Below the pieces are notes generated by a model that saw nothing but the letters and a program-made list of their open reading frames with translations, searched no databases and was not told where the DNA came from. DNA of 64,000 bases from the NCBI GenBank assembly GCA_963826715.1, contig CAWGYA010000006.1, forward strand, positions 128,001 through 192,000. The letters are read 5' to 3'. Of this stretch, positions 10,490 to 19,803 are shown piece after piece. The number at the start of each line of letters is the position of its first letter. Positions within the stretch are counted from its first letter, which is position 1. The stretch comes from Candidatus Bathyarchaeota archaeon. GTDB taxonomy: Archaea > Thermoproteota > Bathyarchaeia > Bathyarchaeales > Bathycorpusculaceae. A program made the translations under genes and the position numbers.

Positions 10490-11334
10490 TGATGGCAGAG
10501 CAACTTTCAGTAGTTGCCATTTCAGCAAGAATATTCCCTACTTTTTCTTACCAAGAAACGAAATATTCGTCACCAACATACTCGACAATACCGTTTCGGT
10601 TATATCGGATGTCACCAACACTGCTGTTGCCACTATACCCGTTGGGTCACAGCCAGAGGCTCTGGTATACGATTCTGGTAAAAACGAAATATTCGTACTT
10701 AATTTTGGCGATAACTCTGTTTCTGTAATTTCAGACATCACCAACACTGTTGTCGCAACTATACCCGTTGGATCAATGCCGAATGATTTGGCATTTGATT
10801 CGGGCAACGGAATGGTATACGTAACCAATTATAATGATGCCACAGTCTCTGCCATATCAGATAGCAACAACACCGTTGTTGCAAACATACCTGTCGGAAA
10901 ACTGCCAACTTATCTAACACATAATTCTGGTCGAGAAGAAATTTGGGTAATAACTGTTTTTTCAAACTCTATTTCAGTTATATCTGACAGCAACAACACC
11001 GTTACTACAACTATACCAATTTGGTCCGCACTTCAATTGAGGAATAGTTTATGATTCAGGCAAAGGCGAAGTCTTTGTTGTTAATGGCGAGATATCAGTC
11101 ATATCTGATGCTCCAGATTTGACTCCTGCCTCAATCTCTGCTGATGCGAATTCCATCAGACAGGGACAAACAGCAAACTTGACTTCAGTGCTAACAACAG
11201 GTACTTCTCCTTATACATACCAATGGTTCGCTGAGAATCCTGAATCCTCCAATTACTCAGTTATAGAAAATACAACTTCCCAAGACTTCAGCTTTGTAAC
11301 CTCAACTTCGACGGATACGGGCAACAGGAGTTAG
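10490..11334 (+). pseudogene. truncated and frameshifted YVTN beta-propeller surface protein with a C-terminal Ig/PKD-like domain
   Basis: Frame from ~10490 has no start but reads NEIFVTNILDNTVSVISDVTNTAVATIPVGSQPEALVYDSGK (4-5 repeats) into ORF 10776-11054. A frameshift/stop near 11020-11040 leads into YDSGKGEVFVVN...TSPYTYQWF (11119-11334). Confidence 0.8.
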
Positions 11335-11535
11335 ATATAGCCAGGGGGCATGGCTTAGATGATCTCCAAAATCTGAATGTTCATCCTGGAAAATTAGCGA
11401 GAGAAATTTTTTCTAAATTATTGCCGGCTTTTTCTTTGGAGATGGCTTAACTCGAATATGGTCATCAGCTCATCGACAAATTGATTCATGATTTTCTAAT
11501 CAATTTTTATGCAGTTAACTTAGCTATTACAACAA

Positions 11536-11852
11536 TTACATAAATCCCACTAAGTTGATATCTGGTCTTCCAACCAGAATATTTGCAGGTTTTTTCTTAT
11601 TGAGATCAATCTTATTTATAGGATTGAAACGGTCATCATGTGTCCTGAGGGCGTTTAAAACAATCCAAACCACTTTAAACCGTGCATTATCATCCAAAGC
11701 TTTCTCTGGTGAAATATTACTTGGAATGACAACAGGAATTGTGATTTACCTAATTTTTCCCTTCAGAAAGCCTCATCACACGACCAACAGATTGCACAAC
11801 ATCAATCTGGGAATTCCGTGCAGAAAAAACATTACAGCATCTAAAGTAGGCG
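11536..11852 (-). pseudogene. fragment of a type ISP (LlaGI/LlaBIII-like) restriction-modification helicase
   Basis: Manual minus-strand translation across two frameshifts: PTLDAVMF / ARNSQIDVVQSVGRVMRLSEGK / ITIPVVIPSNISPEKALDDNARFKVVWIVLNALRTHDDRFNPINKIDLNKKKP (SF2 motif VI QSVGRVMR and following region). Confidence 0.8.
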
Positions 11853-11890
11853 CTCGCTTGAATTGATAAAAAGGGAAAATGAGGGGTTAT

Positions 11891-13018
11891 CTATTTGTTT
11901 CTTTTCTTTACTACCAATACGATTGTTGTTACTGCAATTGCGGCTATTATAATCGCTATTACAGTTGCGGTACCGACGCCTAATGGCAGGTTGTTTGTCT
12001 GGAGAGATGATTGTGAAGGGGATACAGAAGGTAGTTCAGAGCCTGAAATGTCACCATTATCAACTTCATCAACGCCGCCGAATGCTATGTTGCTGTATGA
12101 GATGATTTCGCCAGTATTCGCCCAGATGAACGCTGTAATGCCATGTACACTGCCCGGGTAGGTTTGGTTTAGAGGCATTCTGATGTCCCAGCAGGGTCTA
12201 AGTTCATAGTTCACAGAAGAAGTTGTTAGCTCGGCTAGAATATTGTTTTCAGCTACGTCAAAGTCTTTCACTATAGAGCCATCAGGCAAGTTATATGAGT
12301 AAGAACGCAGGTTTTTCAGGGCTATGTCAATTGCTTGTTCTTTTGAGATGTTTATCGATGTATCACCGATTGTGTAGAGTGCCCGATTATCAATGAAAGA
12401 CGATATTGCTCCGTTCTTTTGAAAGCTAACCTGTAGTGAGGGATAGTCTACTCCGTTGAGGGTGTGTGTCCACTTAAATACGGTCAGGTTCGTTCCAGGC
12501 CAAAAGGAGTTAGAAGATATGGTTAGTTTCGTATTACCTAATACAGTTGTGGAATCTTTTGTTAAGTCAACGTTATCTAGCGTAGCTAATAGGTTGGTTG
12601 AATCGATCTTGGTGTAGGTTTGATATCTTTCAAGAAAACCCTTTATGGAATCAAATGGAATAGTATACTGTTTGTCTGTGATAACTTGCTCGTACATCGG
12701 AAGAATGATGCATTGCAATACTATGCCTTTTTCGACAATAAAACTCACGTCTACTGTGCTACCTTCTGAACTCAACTCATATTGTAGCGTAGTAATCTTT
12801 CTGTTGTCTTTTGCAAGTGGTACGCCGTCAAGTGTTGAATCATGCTTAAGGCTGATTGTGTATTTTGATAGATCCGCTGACAGCACATTCTCTATGATGT
12901 CCATAGCTTTATCTTGAGCGGTAGTTTGTTCTGCATATGCTATGGGAAAAGCGCCAATAGAAGTTGCAATTAATGCAATAAGCATGGGTGCGAAGAAATT
13001 TGTCAATCGTTTTTTCAT
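11891..13018 (-). CDS. secreted, C-terminally membrane-anchored protein with a PepSY-like domain
   Basis: Signal peptide; ISKEQAIDIA...PCWDIRM...AFIWANTGEII; Ser/Pro linker, TM helix, KKRNK tail. Confidence 0.75.
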   Translation of the reverse strand: MKKRLTNFFAPMLIALIATSIGAFPIAYAEQTTAQDKAMDIIENVLSADLSKYTISLKHDSTLDGVPLAKDNRKITTLQYELSSEGSTVDVSFIVEKGIVLQCIILPMYEQVITDKQYTIPFDSIKGFLERYQTYTKIDSTNLLATLDNVDLTKDSTTVLGNTKLTISSNSFWPGTNLTVFKWTHTLNGVDYPSLQVSFQKNGAISSFIDNRALYTIGDTSINISKEQAIDIALKNLRSYSYNLPDGSIVKDFDVAENNILAELTTSSVNYELRPCWDIRMPLNQTYPGSVHGITAFIWANTGEIISYSNIAFGGVDEVDNGDISGSELPSVSPSQSSLQTNNLPLGVGTATVIAIIIAAIAVTTIVLVVKKRNK

Positions 13019-13029
13019 CTATTTTCCTC

Positions 13030-13893
13030 CTAAGGTAGTCCCAAGTTTACATTTCCATATACTACAAGCCACTCTGCTAGGTCAGTGTACACAAAATAAG
13101 TGTTATAGATTATAGCAGATATATAGATTAATGCATCAGCTGTTGAATAGCCGTTGCACAGGTAATACCAGAACGTGCCAGCAATGTTAGCATAGTTATA
13201 AGCAACGTTAATTTCCCATTCGTATTGTGGTGATCCACCATCTAAAGGGTAGGGGTCTGGCGGTACTTGATCGCTCCAGCCCAAGAAAACTTGGTTACCA
13301 GAATCTTGATAACCATAATATCCTAAATCAGGATTATGGGTCCAGCAATAGGGCATTCCATGATAATCACCATTCTCATCCATTACTGCTCCATCGGGGT
13401 ACCACATTGATGTTTGGCAATGCCAAATGAATGTAAAAGTATTTTCAGTTGATGTTAAAGGGTAGAGTTCGTCGGAATATTGGTCAAAAATCCAATTATC
13501 CCATAGCGTGTGGCCATCATTATCTATAAGTCCGATATGAAGCGGGTCGCTCTGTGCGTTTCTGTGTCCCTTTGAAAAGACTATCGATTGGTCAAAGTAG
13601 GTTTGTAATGTCGACAGAATACTCGTGTATTGGCTAACTGTACAATCATCGTCATAACTATAGTAGCAACCATGGGGCGTATTATAGTCAGCTATTGCGG
13701 TCGTTACGTACTGGGCTACACTTAGAGATAGCTGAACTTCATTTTCAGTATCTACGAGTTGTTGGAAGTTATTTGGTAAAAAGTTAGCTGCACCAGTTGT
13801 GGCTGAAGCGAAATTTCCTGAAAGAAATTGCATCGTCGAAAAAAATAGCAGGCTTATTAAGAAAAAACTTGTGAGAACCTTGGTTTTCTTCAT
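13030..13893 (-). CDS. secreted acidic protein with predicted caspase/gingipain (clan CD) His-Cys dyad
   Basis: Signal peptide; IVFSKGH, FIWHCQT, VFLGW, FWYYLCNGYSTADAL, VVYGNVNL in the order expected for C25-like folds. Confidence 0.65.
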   Translation of the reverse strand: MKKTKVLTSFFLISLLFFSTMQFLSGNFASATTGAANFLPNNFQQLVDTENEVQLSLSVAQYVTTAIADYNTPHGCYYSYDDDCTVSQYTSILSTLQTYFDQSIVFSKGHRNAQSDPLHIGLIDNDGHTLWDNWIFDQYSDELYPLTSTENTFTFIWHCQTSMWYPDGAVMDENGDYHGMPYCWTHNPDLGYYGYQDSGNQVFLGWSDQVPPDPYPLDGGSPQYEWEINVAYNYANIAGTFWYYLCNGYSTADALIYISAIIYNTYFVYTDLAEWLVVYGNVNLGLP

Positions 13894-13956
13894 TTGTTTA
13901 TCTCCTCTACTTTTTCTCAGTGCTATTATTGGATTGATAATGATTTAGCACTATGC

Positions 13957-13987
13957 TTTAGGACATTATGTCCTAAATTGTAGGACA
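13957..13987. promoter_or_regulatory. palindromic operator TTTAGGACA-N3-TGTCCTAAA plus a third box TAGGACA
   Basis: Perfect 9-bp inverted repeat 13957-13977; TGTCCTA-N5-TAGGACA 13969-13987; 64-94 nt upstream of the 13893 start. Confidence 0.75.
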
Positions 13988-14466
13988 CCTTTACGTTAAG
14001 CAATGCTTAAAAAAGTAATAAAAATCAGCGTTGCAGTTATACCATGTAATTGAGTAAATTATTCTGCTTGCATTTTAAGTTAGGTCATAAACTGCGTTTA
14101 TGCCATTCGTTTACTGTTTCATAGCAAAAGATTGAAACAAGCATATCGATAAAATGGAATAAAAGTATTCACGAGAAAGCACTAAAGGTCTCAATAATGG
14201 TGATTTGAATCATTAAGAGCCCAATGGCAGACAGGGTGTCGAAGAGCTATCTTGGGACTAGAAAGCGGGCTAATTCGTAGTAATTCTCCAAAATAACCTT
14301 AGTAACAACATAATTTCCTTTCTCAGAAGCTTTGTTCGCACCAACGATCATAAGCTTCCATTAAAAGCTCCTTAACTTGACTTAGTTAAGTTTTTTTTGG
14401 CTATATTCCATTATTTATTTTGAGAAATGTCAAATAGTTCCACTTAATCAAAAGATGAAAGTAGAT

Positions 14467-14610
14467 TTATGCAGGTATTCTCCATGTTTTTCTTAATCTA
14501 ACTAAAAACAATTGATAGTGTGAAGATGAATATGGGTAGAATAATCAACCATGAAAACTCTTCAAGTTCAATAATCCTCGGGTTATCATTTTCTTTCTTG
14601 TCTTTTAACG
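14467..14610 (-). pseudogene. remnant of a surface-protein C-terminal sorting signal (PEF-CTERM-like)
   Basis: Minus strand reads ...IIELEEFSWLIILPIFIFTLSIV(frameshift)LVRLRKT with no start codon. Confidence 0.4.
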
Positions 14611-14647
14611 ATTAAAGTTAGCCAAAAAACATAACCATCTGAGAACT

Positions 14648-15031
14648 TCATTTGATCTGTGTTCCTCCAATAATTATACCCGTTGAAACATCCGTCCAAA
14701 CTTCATAGTAGATTCCATGTCCGATTGGCTGCTCAAACCTAATAATCCAACAGAGTACACGCTGTTGGCTCTCTGGTTTCTCTAATCCGAATCTTTCTTG
14801 CCAAAAAAAATTTGGAGTTTTTTCTTCAAGCTGAGCCAGCAACGCATTCCCTATGGTGTAATTCATGCTTTCAAGAAAATCTCGACTTACTTGAATAGCT
14901 TGCTCTTCAGTGAGATTGGCTTGGTCAGGGTCTTCTGCAGAGCGAGGAGCAATTGTTATCAAAGAAAGAGCTGAAAGAAAGACTACGGCAATCAGTATTG
15001 TTAGAAAAAAAGCGAGAGCTTTTCTTTGCAT
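14648..15031 (-). CDS. N-terminally anchored small PepSY-like protein
   Basis: N-terminal TM/signal; LTEEQAIQVS...CWIIRFE...YEVWTDVSTGIIIGG. Confidence 0.7.
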   Translation of the reverse strand: MQRKALAFFLTILIAVVFLSALSLITIAPRSAEDPDQANLTEEQAIQVSRDFLESMNYTIGNALLAQLEEKTPNFFWQERFGLEKPESQQRVLCWIIRFEQPIGHGIYYEVWTDVSTGIIIGGTQIK

Positions 15032-15081
15032 TTTGTCCCCACGGTAGACTAAAATGAAAAGTCCCTTATTATGCTATGCTA

Positions 15082-15098
15082 TAGAACAGGATGTCCTA
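15082..15098. promoter_or_regulatory. operator copy TAGAACA-N3-TGTCCTA
   Basis: One mismatch to the 13959-13975 palindrome; 51-67 nt upstream of the 15031 start. Confidence 0.6.
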
Positions 15099-15383
15099 AC
15101 AGTTTGTTCTACCGAGTACTACCGTCATTTTTCTTTGTTGGGCAAGTTTATTCATAGTTGGACTCTGAAGTCTAACTAATAATTTAGGATTTCTGGAGTA
15201 GAATACTTTGGCCAGATTGAAAAACTAATGTTGCAAAAAGTTGTTACTTCATCCGCTTGACGCCTATTTAGTCTTCGATTGTATTTTAGATCCGCAAACC
15301 TATAGTCTTAGTTAAATCAACTGAAAAAAATTGTATCAAGAATATTAACATAGACTAAAAAAGGTGAGTATAGGTTTGTCGTA

Positions 15384-16445
15384 CTATCTGTAGATTGGAT
15401 CTCCTGTGTCTTCGTAGGTGAATGGAGCTTCTCCTTGCTGTAAAGATGATTCAGCTGCGTCAGCCGCTTCGTTATGAGCGTGTTCGGAATGATTGTAGTC
15501 ATGGTACCAATCGTCGCCGAAGGTTTCTACGTATTCAAGAGAGTAATCAACGTTAACCGGTGTATCGGTGCCCATAAAAGCGCGCGTATATGAAGTAGAG
15601 CCGCCTGGACTCAAGAATGTGTCATTAAAGCCTAATGCATAACAGAAACTGCCTAGTCCAACTCGTAACGTAGAATAATCATAGGTACCCGTTGTAAAAT
15701 CGTCGTCAAAGTAGCAGTTATTCGAAATAATCACTTGGTATTCTTCCATCCACGCATCGTAGCAAACATAACCCACATCACTCTCAACTTCAACGCCGTG
15801 ACCGTTCCAATAGACATCAACGGTTCTATACGTTGCGCATGCCCAAGTAGTCCAAGCCCAAACATTATACCACGTGCAGTCGTCATTCTCCATGAAATGC
15901 CAATAGTCATACGCGCTTGTTGAACTGATATCGCTGCAAAAAGAATCGAACTCTTCTTCGCATTCATATGGCAAATCAATTGTTGTTCCAGGATAGTCCC
16001 ATACGCCAAAACATAAGACCGCCCTTTGGTCCAATAACCAGTCTAAAGAGTCACCACTTGATTACTTCGCAGCGGTCACATCTTGTATATCTGGCGGTTT
16101 GGACAAATCGAGTTCATAAGGCGAAACACTATCTGTACCAATTAGGTTGACCTCTGCACGGGGAGAATCAGCTGTGATAGTGAGGTAGTAGTCTCCATCT
16201 TCACCAAGTACTGGCATTGTATTGTACGAACGTATAATTTGCACCATCAGTTTTGAAGGAATATTTGACATGCTATCTTTCGTGTAGCCTAAAGTTTCAA
16301 GAACTCCTGATGCGTCAACATGCACGTTGCCTGGTCTTTGAAAGGTCGCATCTGGCTTCTCAGCTGGCATTGCACTAACAAGGACTGTAACGGTGGAAAA
16401 TAGTAACATCGAAGCTATTAACAAACTAAAGATTTTTGTTTTAAT
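15384..16445 (-). pseudogene. secreted clan CD (caspase/gingipain-fold) protein interrupted by one in-frame TAA at 16062-16064
   Basis: ORFs 16062-16424 and 15384-16034 share a frame (DVTAAK*SSGDSLDWLLDQRAV). Signal peptide starts from ATT 16445 after AAGGAGG. Motifs YWNGHG, LGSFCYA, RAFMG, TGDP. Confidence 0.7.
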
Positions 16446-16499
16446 ATTTTTTTCCTCCTTAATGAATGCAAGGTTCCAAACTAGAACTAATTTCTATAT

Positions 16500-16530
16500 T
16501 TTAGGATGCATGTCCTAAACTTTAGGACAT
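16500..16530. promoter_or_regulatory. operator copy TAGGATG-N2-TGTCCTA-N5-TAGGACA
   Basis: Perfect inverted repeat ATGTCCTAAA-C-TTTAGGACAT 16510-16530; same three-box layout as 13957-13987. Confidence 0.75.
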
Positions 16531-16592
16531 TTCAATGTCTGACTCAAAAGTCACATATTGACTTTTAATAATAGCTCTTAAAAGGTGGTGCG

Positions 16593-17012
16593 CTACAATC
16601 TGCCTTTACGCCAGACCTTTACGGTTTCATAGCAATAGATTATGAAAAAAATTGACGTCGCAGACATGAAGAAAAAGTATTCGCGGCTAACCACAAATGG
16701 TCTTAAGAAAGTAAGTTCTATCAGCAAGATCATCATAGAAAATATAGAGTAAAAGAGGTATCTAGGAATTAGAAAGTGACTAATTTTTATGCAGTTTTCT
16801 AACATGACCTTATTGACAACAAAATTGCCGCCTTGCCGTTTCAAAAACATAGTCTGTTCTAGCTTAGTTAGATGATATTGAGCCACCGATGGACTACTCA
16901 GATTTAGTGCCCTTTGAATTTCTCGTATTCCAAGGGGTTTTCTGGCCTTGAGCAAAAAACGATAGACATCAAGAGTAGTTCCTCTCAGAACATCATCAGT
17001 TTCTTCTTCCAT
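16593..17012 (-). CDS. membrane-anchored winged-helix transcription regulator (wHTH + 2 TM)
   Basis: LRGTTLDVYRFLLK..KPLGIREIQRALNLSSPSVAQYHLTKL followed by two hydrophobic helices. Confidence 0.8.
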   Translation of the reverse strand: MEEETDDVLRGTTLDVYRFLLKARKPLGIREIQRALNLSSPSVAQYHLTKLEQTMFLKRQGGNFVVNKVMLENCIKISHFLIPRYLFYSIFSMMILLIELTFLRPFVVSREYFFFMSATSIFFIIYCYETVKVWRKGRL

Positions 17013-17193
17013 TAAGCCTGATTCCCCCCCCAATTGCAATTATAAATGATTGACAAACATTTATAAAATGCTAGTAAATCCACGGATTAAAAACTATTAG
17101 ACATGTGTACAAAAAGTAGTATACTTTCTTAAAACTATGATTAAAATAGCAGATTCTCCTTACAAACTTTAAGAGTAAAGACTTAGAGGACAT

Positions 17194-17475
17194 GTGCAAC
17201 TTATGACTAGACAAAAAACGAAAATGGCAGCAGCGGTTATTCTTGCGATAATGTTATCTTTTATACTCGTTGGAATTAGCAGCAGTCTCTTTCCCGACCA
17301 AAAATCACCAACTAAAGTAATCCCTGACCAAGAACCTCTCTTAAATAAAATGCTTTGGGCATTTCAATATATAAGCGTAATTGCTTTGACATCAATTGTA
17401 GTAGTAGGCGCAGGGATTCTCACAAATCGAATAATAAGCAAGAAAAAGCCTAAACATACACTGAAAAAAGTTTGA
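17194..17475 (+). CDS. small two-TM membrane protein
   Basis: Two hydrophobic segments and a basic tail; divergent from the wHTH gene. Confidence 0.6.
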   Translation: MQLMTRQKTKMAAAVILAIMLSFILVGISSSLFPDQKSPTKVIPDQEPLLNKMLWAFQYISVIALTSIVVVGAGILTNRIISKKKPKHTLKKV

Positions 17476-17941
17476 GTCTCTTCTAACGTTTTCAGTAATT
17501 TACTTCTATATTATGTTTTGGCATCTTCCAGAATTTTTCAATTACGCCAATACACTTGGATCAACCACTTCAAAATGGTGAACAATTCGCTCTTCCTGGA
17601 TATCCTCTAAACCGAATAAAGCAATGTCTTCAAACATCATAAGTAAAGAAAGACTTTGTTTTTTCAGGTCTATCAACTTCAGGCATTTTGCTAAGATTAT
17701 AAAAAACGTTTTGGTGGGCTGCTGCGCCACAAGTATAAATTTCTTTTTCGGCTATATACATGGAACGTATATTTGATGCTTGTTGAATTTGGATTGAAGG
17801 AAAAAATAAGTGGCTTACAACAATTTAGAATGCAGGCAGAAAGTAAAAATAATTTTATTTTTCGTCATTTCTATTTAAAAACTATTCGTTAAATGAACTT
17901 TTTTCTTAAAATAATGTTCATCCGCAAGTTTTATTATTTAA

Positions 17942-18343
17942 TTAGGGTTTGAAGCAATATCTGGGCCAAGCTGGCCATTTCTGAGGCTCGCTGCAGGTGC
18001 CAAAGTCCAGCGTTAAATCCATACCAATTTTAAGCTTCTCTTGAGATATATTCTGAATCATCCCCGGGATTTTCAGCCCATTATCCAATTCCACAATGCC
18101 TACAGCATATGGCGTTAAATTCTGGAACTGCTCTGGCGCCACATAAATAACTGTGTATGTGAGGAGTTTACCTTTGCCTGAAATCTCAAGCCAGCTAAAG
18201 TTTTGAGATAAACAGTTGTCACAAAGGGGACGCGGCGGCAGATGGATTTTGCCGCATTTTAAACATTTACCCGCCATCAGTTTACCTTGTGACAGATACT
18301 TGTAAAATTGGTCAATTGTAAATGGTGCTTCTTGAGTACTCAT
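17942..18343 (-). CDS. DUF35 Zn-ribbon/OB-fold protein (thiolase partner)
   Basis: CLKCGKIHLPPRPLCDNC, GKGKLLTYTVI; overlaps the thiolase stop. Confidence 0.9.
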   Translation of the reverse strand: MSTQEAPFTIDQFYKYLSQGKLMAGKCLKCGKIHLPPRPLCDNCLSQNFSWLEISGKGKLLTYTVIYVAPEQFQNLTPYAVGIVELDNGLKIPGMIQNISQEKLKIGMDLTLDFGTCSEPQKWPAWPRYCFKP

Positions 18344-19518
18344 TGAAAGTCTCTCCTGTAAATATGGACAGCTGCAGTTGCACCGGATCCGCCTATATTT
18401 TGTGTCAATCCAACTTGAGCGTCCCTAACTTGGCGCCTATCAGCTTGGTCAGTTAACTGCAAATACATTTCATATGCTTGGGCGGTGCCTGTTGCACCAA
18501 CAGGATGCCCTTTTGATTTTAAGCCACCACTGGTGTTAACGGGTATGCGCCCCCCAAGGCGCGTCTCGCCGCTTTCTATAAGTTTGCCGCCTTCACCGAC
18601 CTTGCAAAATCCAAGGTCCTCATAATGCATGATTTCAGCGAAGGTGAAGCAGTCATGGACTTCCGCCAAATCCACCTGATTACCTGTGACGTTTGCCATT
18701 TCATAAGCCATCTTAGCCGCTAGTTTGGTCGATTTTAGCGAGGTGAAGCTTTCACGTTCATAGAGTCCGATAGTGTCGCTAGCTTGCCCGCTTCCGATTA
18801 TGTGAACGGGTTGATCCGTGTATTTTTTGGCGAGCTCTGGCTTAGTTAATATGACGCAGCTAGCACCATCGGTTATGAGTGAGCAGTCGTATAGTTTTAG
18901 GGGCCACGCCACATAACGTGATGACATGACAGTTTCAAGGGGGATTTCTTTTTGCATATGCGCCTTAGGGTTGAGGCTACCATGGTAATGATTTTTAACG
19001 GCGACTTTGGCTATTTGCTGCTCAGTTGTGCCGTATTTGTGCATATGTGCCGTCGCCATTAGGGCAAATAATCCAGGGAATGTGATACCGTGCCACTGTT
19101 CAAAGGGGTAATCAGACGCCATAGATAGGTACTCGGTCACTTCGGCTGTGGTTCGATGAGTCATCTTCTCCACGCCACCTACAATAACCACATCGGCTAG
19201 CCCAGAGAGCACTGCGTATATCCCAGAGCGCAAAGCGACGCCTGAACTGCCGCATGCTGCTTCTGTTCGTGTGGCGGGTATCCCAGAAAGCCCTGCCCAA
19301 TCTGCCATTGTGCTACCTGTGTGACCTTGATGTTCATAGGCTTCGCCCATGTGCCCAACGAAAAGAGCTTTTATATCCTGTTTGGGGGCAAGCTTAGGGC
19401 AGCGAGTAAACGCTTCCGAAGCGGCCTGCGCAAAGAGTTCACGTGTAAGTAAACCTTCATGTTTACCGAATTTAGACATACCTGCGCTAATTATGCTGAC
19501 AAGTGGTTTCCCATTCAA
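18340..19518 (-). CDS. archaeal thiolase (acetyl-CoA acetyltransferase)
   Basis: EAACGSS, GVEKMT, EVHDCFT, NTSGGLKSKGHPVGATG; TTG at 19518 is the likely start. Confidence 0.92.
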   Translation of the reverse strand: MNGKPLVSIISAGMSKFGKHEGLLTRELFAQAASEAFTRCPKLAPKQDIKALFVGHMGEAYEHQGHTGSTMADWAGLSGIPATRTEAACGSSGVALRSGIYAVLSGLADVVIVGGVEKMTHRTTAEVTEYLSMASDYPFEQWHGITFPGLFALMATAHMHKYGTTEQQIAKVAVKNHYHGSLNPKAHMQKEIPLETVMSSRYVAWPLKLYDCSLITDGASCVILTKPELAKKYTDQPVHIIGSGQASDTIGLYERESFTSLKSTKLAAKMAYEMANVTGNQVDLAEVHDCFTFAEIMHYEDLGFCKVGEGGKLIESGETRLGGRIPVNTSGGLKSKGHPVGATGTAQAYEMYLQLTDQADRRQVRDAQVGLTQNIGGSGATAAVHIYRRDFQ

Positions 19519-19803
19519 CCCGCTGTACTCCTCTCTATTCCTATAAAGTGATAACGAGCACAAATAAAAACTATTACAACTGACCATATCTGATTTTCTA
19601 AATTATAGAAATCCTACATTTGCAACTTGAGCCTTTGTTTGGTCTAACATAAGGTTAAGGTAGTTCTGGGTAATACCTGATTACGTCGTGACAATATCAA
19701 TAAAGAAGAAAAACTACTGAGAGCACTTAGAATGAGCATTTTTTAGAAGGCAAAATACTATATGTAAGCCTTCTTTTGTTTGCGTTATGAAGGATGGATT
19801 TGA

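Noticed and set aside
10538-10965. Minus-strand ORFs with repeated DPTGIVAT
   Set aside because: Antisense shadows of the YVTN repeats.
11555-11866. 103-aa plus-strand ORF
   Set aside because: Antisense shadow of the type ISP helicase fragment on the minus strand.
17542-17765. Short minus-strand ORFs at the island edge
   Set aside because: They may be a gene remnant, but I recognise no family; unsupported.
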